A stretch of 60,737 nucleotides of DNA, the filler included, from Platydemus manokwari (taxonomy: Eukaryota), in NCBI GenBank assembly GCA_037951405.1. It is 5 parts of 5 records of this genome, joined end to end, with 100 filler letters (N's around TTAATTAATTAA, not from the genome) between each part and the next. Parts side by side here need not be neighbours in the genome. Positions count along the whole stretch, not along the records: positions 28,099 to 38,528 come from JBBMOY011134328.1; positions 38,629 to 48,091 come from JBBMOY011246208.1; 3 more parts are not named here. One strand, written 5' to 3'. Every line of letters starts with the position of its first letter. Position 1 is the stretch's first letter. Shown piece after piece: positions 28,171 to 40,418 of the stretch. Position numbers and translations under genes: made by a program. The notes beneath the pieces are model-generated. The model saw only the letters and a program-made list of their open reading frames with translations, searched no databases and was not told the origin of the DNA.

Positions 28171-28619
28171 TAAAAATTTTAATGTTTATTTAATGCTTAT
28201 TAATATGTTTGAGCTAGAATCTCAATATATTATTTCTTCCCATCTGATAACCAACTATTAGGTGAATATATAGACCAATGATTGATTGGAGAATTGTTCT
28301 TTTATATGGAAATAGTGTGATGATCGAATCATTTCCCCTCATTTTGCTATTTATAATAAATTTTATTTATAACCATTTAAAATGCCATGCTATGACAGTT
28401 TATATTTAATTGTTCAGAATAATTATTTATTAATAATAATGATGTATTAACTGAAAAAATGTGACCTCTGATGTTCCAAGAACTCATAAAATAGAGATGG
28501 CATGGATTTTCTTTCTAAAATACTTTAAATATTTCAATCGTTCGGTAAGAGCATCAAATTTGTTTTGGTTATTTAATAAACTTCTCTAATTAATATGTTG
28601 TTGTTGTTATGGTTATTAG

Positions 28620-28829
28620 AAATGTTTAGTGTTGCTATTCGCAACAATATCTCTTCAATCACGTAATGGAGGACCGAATAAATTTTGGAACGAACGGGAA
28701 CAATGTTTCCATAAATGTCCCTCATATCAAACATTTTGTGCCGTTTGTCGGAAACCGGGTGTACATTGCATCATGGACTGTGATGCATATAAATCGAACG
28801 AATGTTTGACTGATTGCATGAATTCATAA
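28620..28829 (+). CDS. Small secreted 8-cysteine peptide A (main exon; first exon uncertain)
   Basis: After acceptor TTAG at 28616-28619: KCLVLLFATISLQSR...CFHKC-x6-CAVC-x6-CIMDC-x7-CLTDC-MNS*. Phase-0 first-exon candidates are 28306-28314 (MEI) or 28497-28544 (MAWIFF...). AATAAA lies just downstream of the stop. Clear paralog of the 36704 gene. Confidence 0.8.
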   Translation, partial: KCLVLLFATISLQSRNGGPNKFWNEREQCFHKCPSYQTFCAVCRKPGVHCIMDCDAYKSNECLTDCMNS

Positions 28830-31286
28830 TGTCGAATTAAAAAAAAATAAATAAACTGTGTTTTACTTAAAATGATATATAAAGATGTCTATCCAATGCC
28901 CTTCAATTAAATTTGTCCAGATTTATTCGATGATTTGATTCGATATTTTTAAGTTATTTTTTAATAATTATAATAATTATAATGTTGGAAAATGTATTGG
29001 GAATAATCTATTTTAAATAATAATTTGAATAAAAAATTGGCTACCGAACAAATCTTGCAAAACATCATCACGTTCTGGTGGGTTATGAATCTTAACGTTT
29101 TCGATTTTATTTTGATATTCTATAAAACAGCTAATTAAAATCTGATTCCAACAGATGTAGTCATTTTTTATAAATTATCAAGCCTCTTGTAAAAATAAGT
29201 CAAACAAATCGATTAATCGATATTAATATATACTTAGAATGACAAATTTGTTGGGGTTTTGTCTTTATTATTTTATTTCTAATGTGAGTTCTGTTGTACC
29301 GATTGATGCCCGATGTCCATCCGGTAAGTATAAAATTATATTATTTTGATTTACTGTAACCAAAAATTCGTTTAACGCTAATCAATACATTGTTTTATTT
29401 CCTGTTATAATAATCCAATAAAACGCCATCGCAAATAAAATCTCATTAATGATTATTATCGATTATTTAGGATAATGATATCTATGAAAAACTTAAAGTA
29501 CTTTCTTTTAAGATTCACAATTGACAAGATTATCGTCATTGTTTTGTAAATAATTCAGTGATAATCATTTATCGTATTTGAAAGAGATTTTTCTCTAAAA
29601 GGTCTTGAAATAATTTTTGTTCTATTTTTTGCAATGAGATTTCTTCGATAGAGCTTATTTTAATAAATTATATCATCTTAATCTCCTACAGTCACTGATA
29701 CTTTGCAATTACGTCTTATAAAAATAGATAACCTCTGTCTTTTTTTATTCTTGATTATTTTTGTCTCATTGGTGTATTTTCCATATTTTTCATTTTATGC
29801 TCCTCTTAGTCTTTGAATTGGATAAACTCTTAGCAGTATTCACACTTTATAAATTTATCTGTCTCGTAAATTTTATCATTGATCATTCTTTTGATAACAT
29901 GTTCTTTATGCCTATTTGTTTTAATTCGTCACACCGTCCCGCATCCTCAATTTCAGCCTTGGTTTCAATCCATAGTCAGTGCTGTAACTTTTCTTTTCCC
30001 ATTGTGCTTGAACCTTCAACTAGTTGTCTTTTCCGTTGTTCCAGTTATCTTGCCTTAATGATTAATTCCATGTACTATTCTATCATCGAAATATATTCTT
30101 TTTAGAGGGGCTTCATTGCCTCTCATTTACTGTAAGTTTTAGGTTTCTTTTATCAATATCATCTGCTGTATTTCAATATCTCATTCTCATATCGTTACAC
30201 TCGATTATTAATAAACTCATACTCTGCTATTTTCTATGCTAGAGATATAAAAGTATGTTTTTTGATAAACATTTTCATCGGATTTGGAATAAATACTGTT
30301 TAGATTTAATAATTCATTCGTTATTTTAAAACACTTCCAATTAGTGATCATTATGAAGTGATAGTAAAACTGAATTTCAATTCAGAAAACACTTCTTTCA
30401 CTATAAAAGCGTGTATGTTGATTGTCCAGAGAATATTAAGAGAGAGATGCATGAATATTAAAAGAATAATGAGAAGCCAAATTGGGAGACAACATGATGA
30501 TTTCAGATAAAATAAATCTCGTAATTATAAATAATAAATCATTGCATTGTCTTATGAATGCACATGATCAATATTATTGAAAGATTCGTTTAAGTGTATT
30601 GTTGATCGATATATTTTTCACATTTTAATATTCAAAATAATGAGCATAATTGGTTTAAATTTTCATATATTTTCTAATATAGTGATTATCTAATTTGTAG
30701 TTGGCATGTGAAAAATGCTAATTTATAAATGGTACTCTCACTACGCAAAAACAATTCAATATTAGAAAAATTAAAAAAAAATTTGCTATTAATTTTATTT
30801 TTTCAAATACCAGAAACTTAATTTGTCATTTAAAATTCTCTGAAAGATAAATGAAATGAAGATAATTTTAATTCTCTTAACATGGTATGATATTGTTGTC
30901 AAATGGCTTAAATTTGCTTTAATCGATATTACGTTATCTATGTTTCATATTGAAAACGCACAATTTTTATTCAATCTTGTATTTTATTTGTTTCTGTTTT
31001 TTTCCTTCGCCGTGTCTTACAAGAAGAATTCAATTTTACAGATAATCGTTCTTTAGTTTCCTTTTTTTGAAATAATTAATCCTTTATTTATTTTACCTTA
31101 AATTTTTTTGCCAGTTTACTTTTCAGACCCATAAGTAATAATAATCAATAATTGACATCCAATTTGATAGTAAACATAATTATTATAAAACATATATCTC
31201 AGATGTTTGGCTTTAAATGTTTTAACAACGTAGGTGATGTATTAAATAACACGTCGTTAGAGAGAGTTTATAAATGAAGCTCGAAA

Positions 31287-31613
31287 TTACACGCTCAAAC
31301 ATTTACTAAGGCAAGGGTCATGGCTGTAGGTTTGACAGTGCATTAAACAATCCGGACTCTGACAATCTTCAAAGCAATGCGTTCGAAAGACTGTGCATTT
31401 TCTGGCGCACTTTTTAATATCTTCCCGTGTAGTTTTAATTCTTGATGAAGAAATTATGATCACGAATATTAACAGAGTCACGAGACAAATCTAAAATATT
31501 TTCTGACATAAACCGAACCCATATTGATATCACGGTATATTATTAAATCAAAAAATAAAAAATTCAACAAAAATATTTAATCAAAATCAAAGACAAAAAA
31601 CCTTTGTAGCCAT
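31287..31613 (-). CDS. Small secreted 8-cysteine peptide B (71 aa, 2 exons)
   Basis: Exon 1 31613-31602 (MATK, AAG|GT) plus exon 2 31490-31287 gives MATKICLVTLLIFVIIISSSRIKTTREDIKK-CARKC-x6-CFEDC-x4-CLMHC-x7-CLSKC-LSV*. The N-terminus is signal-peptide-like. Confidence 0.8.
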
Positions 31614-32793
31614 TATTAAATGATGAATAAGTAAATATGAAAAAAAACAATTACAATTTTCACCATTGTATGGATCCCTTGCATCTTTGTAGCGTTTTGA
31701 AAATTTAGCCACCGATATACAGTATAGATATATAAAACCTTTCACTTGCTGGTAATTAAATACTCTTTTAACACCGCATAAATAAAGAACTTAACTTAAT
31801 ATTACACTTTAAAATTGCAAATTTTTTGATTGGAATAATAATAAATGAAGTAGAATAAATGAATATTTACAACGAATCCCCAATTTTAAGCCAGGTAGCT
31901 ACCAATAACGATCTGTATTTTGGTTGCTTTTCAAAATTGGAAGTGCTCTTTTCAAATATTTTATGAAATAAATAATGTTTAAAATTCTACTGGTTTTCGG
32001 TTGTTTTTAGTTTTTGTTATGCAATTCAACAGCCTGAGCTCTACTATGTATGTGATTACGTTAATGACGTTTTCTGAATAAGAAGAACACAAAAATTACC
32101 AGTTAATTATATTTTACATTGATCAATATGTGTACATTCGATTTGAAGCTGACCCGTATTATTTTACAACAAATAAGTATTAGCTGAAAAAACATCTTAG
32201 CTCTTAATTTTCTGAATAAATTAGTAAATTGATTTTCAACGATGACTAGTTGGGCTTCAAAAGGGTGTGATTCTTTAGGCGTATGAAAATTATTAATTTA
32301 AAGATAAATTTACCAAGTTATTAAAATTTTTGTGATATATTAATGTTTTCTTCAAAAGACGAGTTCAAAATATTGTGTGACAATTCATCCAAAGATTATA
32401 TTATAGCTTGTCTCTTTGTTAGGTTTCCTAGTGAAGCCCACTGATGTCATGTAATTTGTACACGGGATTTTTCATCACTCAAAAAAATGTATCGTTTTTT
32501 ATATCTTTTACTTTAATAATTTACATTTTCAAAATTTCCTCTCAATTTTAAATTTTTAAATTTTTCTGACATTGCCAATTTTTTAACCTAAATTTACAGA
32601 TGTTTCATTTTATATTCCTTTTATATTCTATTTCTTTGAATTATTAACTTTATATTAATTATAATAATATGCCATTATTTTTAGAATTCTTTGCAAACTA
32701 TACTAATATTGAAGGGATCATAAATGATAATAAATGTCTAATGTCTTGGCGTAATTGTAATTCCAAAAAAATGACGAAAATTCAATTGGATTC

Positions 32794-35700
32794 AGTTACG
32801 GCATTAACACTTTCAGTCATAATATTTATTTAAAAAACTACACTAATACGCCAATCAATTATTTAAACAAAAACAATATGTTTCTTTATTTAATCGCGTT
32901 TCACGCCTTTTCTTAATGCCCTCTGCACCGTTTCAGTCACTCTAATCATCTGGATTTTATTGCATGAGGGCATTGAATCTCCACATGTCTGTCTGACTTG
33001 AATCTGGTAATTCGATAGAGGCCTTCGTACTGGTATCCATTCTTCTTCTTCTTATGGGAATATACGCAAACTAGCACATTCTTTCTAACCTAAAATAATC
33101 GATGTGTTCTTTCCCCCCTGTCTCGATTAGACATTATGTTGGCTGCCACTTTAGAGTTTTCTCTAGCTACTGCTGCAATATCATCTCAAGTTTGATTCTT
33201 GTGACTCACATCTGTATGAACATTGATCTTCTGCCCGTAGATTATCTCGAAAGGCTAGAACGTCGTTGCTGATTGATGCGTTGCGTTGATACAGAATTCT
33301 ATTCTTGGCAACAATACAGCCCAATATTTCTCATGGCGGTTACCTTTTAAAGTAGCTGTTATCATATCTCGTACCGTCGTGATGACACTTTCTCTAGTTC
33401 GTTCGATTGATGCTGGTATGTTGAGCTGAATTCTGGTTTAATACTTAAATTCAATCAAGCTTATCTCATAAATTTGCCTCAAAATTGTTTCTCCTTATAA
33501 GCTTTCTAAAACGATAAATTCAAGATTTCAAAATGACCTGGAAGATTGTCTTTTCGTCTTGCTTAGATGTAGCAGTGAATATGTCGATAATGTCTACTAG
33601 ATACTTATTGTTACTATGCATCGCGTCCATTTGTGCAATGTCCACCACGATTTGCTCTTGAAACTCAGATCCTAAAGGATGGAGCAGAAACTTCTTAGTT
33701 CTGGATTGATCAATCTTTCTCTTTGCACATATAATACATTCTTTTAGTATCTCTTTGATGGTGTTAAACATCTGGGCCAATAAAACCTGTCGTCCAAATA
33801 TACGAAGGTTTTCTTTGAGCCTAAGTGGTAAAGCTTTTCGTGAATTGTCTTGCAAATTGAACGGCAAAACCTTTCGGTATTATAGCAGTCAAACTTTTCA
33901 CTTTTTTTCAGCATCAGCGTATTGTCGACCACCTTCAGTTTATCTTTAATTCTCGAAAGTGAATGTTTATTCCAGAATTCCGCGCTAGTTAGAGTTATTT
34001 CATTATTTAGAAATCTGAATATCTTCACTATTTCTGCATCGTTGTGCTGTGATTCCTGTATTTTCTGCATTATCTTCGACTTTTTTTGTATTTGAGCCAA
34101 ATATTTGCTTTTCGGCTTTTCCGTCTTTGCTTCATCGTGTCTCGTCTTGCAATAGAAACATAGTGTCTCATTGATCCTAGACAATCTATCTGCGTTGCTA
34201 TGATTCTCTTCATTTCTGTATCTTAAATCGAAATCGTATCCTGACAGCGTAGCCATCCATGTTTGAAATTGAGGGCTGATCGCTTTTCATGTCGAGTTTA
34301 AGAATACCAGGGCTTTGTGATCGATCCTTGCTATGAATTTCTTCCCGTACAAGTATTGTCTAAAGTAAATAACATACTCAAGGATAGCCAGCGGTTCTTT
34401 CTTGGTAACACAGTATCATTTCTCGTGACTAGTCAGCAATCGAGAACCATAGGCTATAACTACTATTGTTCCTTCTTCAGTAGCTTGGGTTAGAACAGTC
34501 CTAATTGCACCAAAACTTGCGTCCGTATCGAGAAAAAATAACCTATTTTCTCTTGGGTAATCCAAAAATGGTGCTTCACACAGTGCCGACTTAAGCATCA
34601 AAAAACTTTACTGACACGATTCTGACCATTTAATCCCTTAGCTCCACCTGCAGTTGCGGCGTATAGTGGAGCCGCTATTAAAGCATAATCTTTAATGAAT
34701 TGCCTGTAATAGTTTGTCAACCCTAAAAATAATCGCATTTTGCTGGTACACTGTGATATTCGGGCATCTCGTATCTGTTCAATTTGTCCTTATTGGTTTG
34801 TATGCCCTTGGCACTGACCGTGTGGCCTATAAACCGTACTTTATCTTTGATAAGTGTACATTTCTCCGGATTCAGACACGACTTTTGAATTCGTCGAAAC
34901 ACAGATTCCAGTAGATCGTCATGATCTTGCTGAGTTCTTCCTTATATTAACACATCATCTAAATATACCACAACGCCTTTAAAGATCAATCCATCCAACA
35001 GCTCGTGCATTCGTTTTTAAAAGGTTGCTAGTGCTGTAGATAGTCCAAACGGGAGTCTGTTGAAAGAGTATTAGCAGGTTCTTGTGCTAAAAGCTGTGTA
35101 ATCTTGGAATCTAGGACTTAGTTCGACTTGGTAATAAGCCTGTCCCAAATCTATCGAGGAGAAACATTTAGCATCTGCAAACAGTCTAGACGTAGGTGGA
35201 TATCAAGGATGGGGAAACTAAATTTTTTTGTCACTCCATTGAGTCTTCAATAATCCACACACATCCGGATCGATCCGTCCTTTTTTCATACGATGACCAG
35301 TGGTGAATTCCAAGCACTCTTGCATGGTCTCATGACTCCTATTTCGATAAAGTTTTTCATCACATCTTCTATTTTTGCTTCTAAGTGCACGGGTTGTCTT
35401 CTGCGAAATAAGATTTCCGCTAATTATAATATCATGAACAACTAAGGTGGTTTTGCCTAGATCCAATTTTGAACCCATGAATATATTTCCGTATTCTTTG
35501 ATGAGTCTTTCAATTCTCCCCGTGTTCCTAGTTTTGATCATTTCCTTTGCGTGTTTCGAACTTTCTCATCTGTATATTCGCCGTTAAATTGTAATGATTC
35601 GATTGTGACCACCTCTTTCAGCTGAATCCCGAATGCATTCATTGTGTCAATACATTTAATGAAATAATTTTTTTATTATCACAACCGTAATTTTTTTTCT

Positions 35701-36322
35701 TTCCTTTTCACTCGACCATCACATCTGAATAACCTTGAGGGCGTTCGGCACCCGTTGAAAAAAATCCACTAAGCGTAATCAAACTATTTTGCAATTTTGA
35801 TCTTCCCACTTTCTTCCCACAACATTCTATACTTCAGCTCCGTTAATAAGCACTTTACTTCACACCATTCACGTATGGTTCGATTTTCATGTTATCTACT
35901 GATTTAACGTGGTACACTTTGTTCTCGATCCTCCAACATCTTTGCAGCACTCCTAATTTCACTAATATCAATATCTGGTTTAAGAGCAAGGCAGTCTTTT
36001 AACCAATTTTATCGTGTTCTTTTGCTGATGATATCCTTCACTAATTGATAGCCACTCCTCTGTATTTTGCATCCATTTTGGGGCTTTATTTGAATTTCTT
36101 TCATCGGATTTTGGAATATTGAAATTGGTTCGCTTTTTGTGCCTATTTCAGCAAACTCTCTAATATCTGTATCTTCCGCTGATTCCTTGTGATTGCATTG
36201 ATTTGTATGGCGTCGTCGCCAGTCATGTCATTAATACTCTCGCGCATAATATTTTTTTAAAAAACTACACAAATCCGCCAATCATTTCTTTAAACAAATA
36301 CATTGTGTTTGTTTATTTAATC
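32794..36322 (-). mobile_element. Degenerate Ty3/Gypsy LTR retrotransposon (copy 1)
   Basis: Fragmented pol: RT (YLDD near 34955), RNase H (LDTDASFGAI, IAYGSR, NHSNADRLSR) and integrase fragments, with many stops and frameshifts. ~100-bp direct repeats at 32794-32895 and 36221-36322. PBS-like TGGCGACGACGCC reads on the minus strand from 36221. Confidence 0.9.
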
Positions 36323-36703
36323 AGTGGTTGAAATGTATAAAAGAAAGAGTTATAAAGTTATAAAGACAGTTTAGAGAAGACACATAAAATGTTGAAGGTA
36401 GATATTTTTATGTATAGATAATTTGGAAAAGTTGTACATCAAAGATTTGATAGAAGAGGTTACGAGAATTATCAAATGAATTTAAACCAAAAGGATTTAT
36501 AATAAGAATTTTTGTTATCAATATAGATTATCGATTTCGAATTATTTAAATGATCTCAATAAATACTCTTTTTAAGTTTTGACTTTTTTAATCATTTTCA
36601 AGGCGTGATTTATAAATTAATAGCGCAATATAGAATACAAAAACATTTTACAATCGATATTGAATACAAAACCGTTTTCAAATAAGTTTATTTTTATTCC
36701 ACA

Positions 36704-37259
36704 TTACATGGCCATACAAAGACTCAAACAAGAATCTCTTTGATAGCCTGGACAGTCAATAACGCAATCATCTTTTCTAGGCTGACAAGGGTTACAATGT
36801 CTTCTGTAATTCGGACATTCCATAAAACATTTCTTTCGATCCTCCCAATTGAGTTCAGGTTTCTTTTTTGAAGATGATTGCAATGTTATCGATGCGAATA
36901 GCAATACCAAGCATTTCTACCAGTCAACAATTATGCATGACATCAATTCGAATAATCAATCAAATAATCGAAATAGATATAATACCAAAATGAAGCGTAA
37001 TGTTTCGCTTTCTGTGATTGGTTAACAGTTTCAGAAATATTTATTATTGATAAGATGTTTCATTCTTTATGTTCACACTTAATCAGACATTCAAATTAAG
37101 TTTGACCTCACAAACTCTATTTAAATATTGATTATTATCGGTTATACAATCATTATTGATCATAATATATTCGTTAATCTTAGATCATCAATAAATAATT
37201 CAGTGAAATTAAAGTGCAATTTTAATGATTAATAAAACAAATCAAACCTTTTTGAACAT
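36704..37259 (-). CDS. Small secreted 8-cysteine peptide C (74 aa, 2 exons)
   Basis: Exon 1 37259-37248 (MFKK, AAG|GT) plus exon 2 36916-36704 gives MFKKKCLVLLFASITLQSS...CFMEC-x6-CNPC-x6-CVIDC-x7-CLSLC-MAM*. Cys spacing is identical to peptide A. AATAAA follows the stop. Confidence 0.8.
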
Positions 37260-37989
37260 TGTAAAATTGAATTGAAAATATTGGGAATAAAATTAATCTA
37301 ATACAAAATCAAGAATACAAACAAATTGATTTTTTCCCAACCGATTTACGGCGCCTGTCATAATTTATTTAAAATCAATCAATATTTGGTTTTAGAATTG
37401 TTTTGAAGTTGTTTATTTCATTTGGTTGATAAACCCTAAATTCCAAACCTATTTTTATCTTCCTGCCTGAGCTCCAGAACCAAAATGAGTAAATAACAGG
37501 CATTGTTTTTGTCACTGCTTTTAAAATAATTACCACAAAAGATTTTACCATGATATTATGTATTTTTTATAGAAACATAATGCAATCCCCTCACTGGAGG
37601 TCATTACAAATTGATTGTTGCGATAACTAATAACAAACTTCAATATAGTTAATAGTATCGAATCAATACCGCGTTGCTCAATGAGTGTATTGGCAAGTAG
37701 CCACACTGTAATAATTGAAATCTTATCATGGAATTTGATGTGTTGTTGTCAAATAAATCAGAAATGTTTTGCTAAACGTCACGGTGAGTGAATTATTGAA
37801 ATATATATTATTTCAGGAAACATTCTAAATGAAAAATCAATAACTAAAATAAAAGTCAAATTGACAGAGGTGAGACAATCAGTGAAATGTATTAGATAGA
37901 ATATTGCAAGATTTCCAGACATTCAAGTCATTGGTTTTGAGAAATCAATAATTAACAACAATAATTATACAAAGTAACCAGGCGAGTTT

Positions 37990-38260
37990 TTGAGTATTGT
38001 TTTACTTAAAATTGTTTGCTCTTGATCAGAATTTAGTGAAGAACTTTCCTAAGAAAACACTATCGTTTTCTTTAAAGAAAAGGTCACGAATCATATCTAT
38101 CAGTTGGTGTTCATGAAAAGACTTAGAGTTAAGGTGTATGTGACAGTCGAGAATGTATGGAATTCATTGAAATAATTGCTACCTGTTATTGACAATTCTG
38201 ATCAAAAATAGTAGTCTATCACATGAGAGATAATTATATGGTAGCTGGTAGATTTATTTA
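37990..38260 (+). mobile_element. Possible piggyBac transposase relic
   Basis: ELS*ENTIVFFKEK and RVKVYV resemble the LS.DE.M..FKGR and GIKVYV motifs. Strongly decayed. Confidence 0.25.
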
Positions 38261-38628
38261 TATTAGATTTTACATGAATTTTAGGCTTAAGTTAAGAAAA
38301 AGAGTTCTTTGACCTACTTTTGTTATAATGAATTTTCACGCATGAGATTATTTTATAACTTATTTTTATATATAACTGCCATCTTTGATTTGTTTGATAT
38401 TGTGCAGTTCATATGTCATTTTTTAAAATGTCTAATAGGGACAAAACATAGTTTTAAAATCAAGTTCCCATTCTAATCACAACACTTCTATATGATTATT
38501 TGAGTTTTTAAATTTAAATTTTTATAATNNNNNNNNNNNNNNNNNNNNNNNNNNNNNNNNNNNNNNNNNNNNTTAATTAATTAANNNNNNNNNNNNNNNN
38601 NNNNNNNNNNNNNNNNNNNNNNNNNNNN

Positions 38629-39314
38629 TCAAACACCAAATGTAATAATGTGACAATATTTATCAATAATCGATATAATAATAAGGTAAGATCATTTGAT
38701 TTGATCATTTATTAAAATTAATATTTCAGTTCATGTCGGATAATACCAGTGTGGCATTTCAATTATTTAAGGATATCGATTTCAAAATTGATAAAATTAA
38801 CCCATCTGAATTTAGCATTAAAAATCTGAGACAAATTACTGTTGTCTATACAAGTGAACAACACAAAGTGATGATTGTCGTTGGTAAATTTAATCGAAGT
38901 AAATCGATATTTTTTCCATCAACGAGTCTTGTTACAAGTCTTGATCAAAACAAAATTAGATATACGAAAATGGCTGATAATTTTATAAGGTATTTAACAA
39001 ACGGTAAATGTACGAAATATCAAAACTGCTATCATCCAATTAAAACATATAAACAATATATTGGAATCGAAAATCTCGTATTTGGAATAAATCCTTATTC
39101 TACGTTCGATTTTAAACAATTGAAAAATGAAATCATCAAAAACGAATGGCATTTGATCATTGGTAGTTCACCTTTCGAAGGTGTATCCCTATCTACTAAT
39201 TCTTTAACAAAATTGTACGGAGTGTGCTTAATAAAGAAAAAGACCGAAAGCGATTGGTTTATTCGACATAATATTTGTACGAATATCACTAATTATAATC
39301 ACAATAAATGTTAA
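38629..39314 (+). CDS. Uncharacterised protein, 3' part (5' end hidden in gap)
   Basis: Exon 38629-38685 (AAG|GTAAG) splices in phase to 38730-39314, an open 194-codon exon, which is unlikely by chance at this AT content. AATAAA lies at ~39390. A recognisable paralogous relic is at 40152-40418. Confidence 0.7.
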
Positions 39315-40151
39315 ATTTTGGAAAAATTAGAGTGACTCAATTTTTACATTACATTTTTACATTCTACATTATTATGCATTGATGTTTAAAAATAAATGAA
39401 ACGCGTTTTAAATGATTTTCTTTAATATTTATTTAAAGTATTTGCTAAAAAGACTGTCATTAGGATAATAATGTTTCCAATATGAATGTTTTTCTAAAAT
39501 TTCAATGAAGTTTAAATTAAATTTCTTTATTATTTTAAGAATAGAGTATTCGTATAAGCTGTTTCGAGTGTATTAGTTAGAGCATAAACTAGATTCTCAG
39601 TCAGAATCCATATAAATTTGTAACACTTCTTTCGATTTTTTTGTTGGTCTTATCTTTGTTAAAGTTACAGTCCATCCGTATTCAAATTCATACAGTATAA
39701 TAAAATACATTAGCAACAGCATATTGCGAAACAATATATTGTTATGTAGTACACCAAGTGGATTAAATAATATTTTAAATTAAAATTATTTCTTATAATC
39801 TGAAGTGCCCAGTAAATATAATTAATTTAAGGAAATCCAAATTATATAACTTAATTAATTTAAATATATGTACAGAATGAAAGTTGACGTGTAAGGTAAA
39901 AATAAATAAATATCACAGTGATAGTTATGAACATCTGAAAATTTCGTTAATATATTTCCAATTATATCAAATCAAATTCATGATTATTATATTAATTCAA
40001 ATTTGAACAAAATTTATTTTAATTATTATTAAAAGCTATCAATGAAGGTTGTTTTCTCAGTATTTATTGCTCCTAAGATCACATTTCTTAATATGTACTC
40101 TAGTAATATTTAGTGGATAAGTTTTGAGAATATCCTGTTCGATATTTCCAC

Positions 40152-40418
40152 CTAACATGTCAAACTTTTTGTAAAAAGAATTCCGAACATTTGTGCCAAT
40201 GATTTTACATCATCAGCAACACCAAAATAGTCGTTTAAAATAATTTTAATAAATTATTGTAAATTAGCAAATTTAAATGTTGAAGAATCACTTACCACAA
40301 AAACCAAGTTGCGATTGCCAACATATTTTTCGTAATCTTCGACAGGATGAGAACAATTAGAAAAGTTAGTGCAATTCCCAATCGTCAAATGAGTGACTAA
40401 ATTATTAGCGAATTTCAA
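40152..40418 (-). pseudogene. Decayed paralog of the 38629-39314 gene
   Basis: Translates FANNLVTHLTIGNCTNFSNCSHPVEDYEKYVGNRNLVFVVSDSSTFKFANLQ*...GVADDVKSLAQMFGILFTK, versus MADNFIRYLTNGKCTKYQNCYHPIKTYKQYIGIENLVFGINPYSTFDFKQLK...GVSLSTNSLTKLYGVCLIK in the intact gene. In-frame TAA at 40254-40256. Confidence 0.65.
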
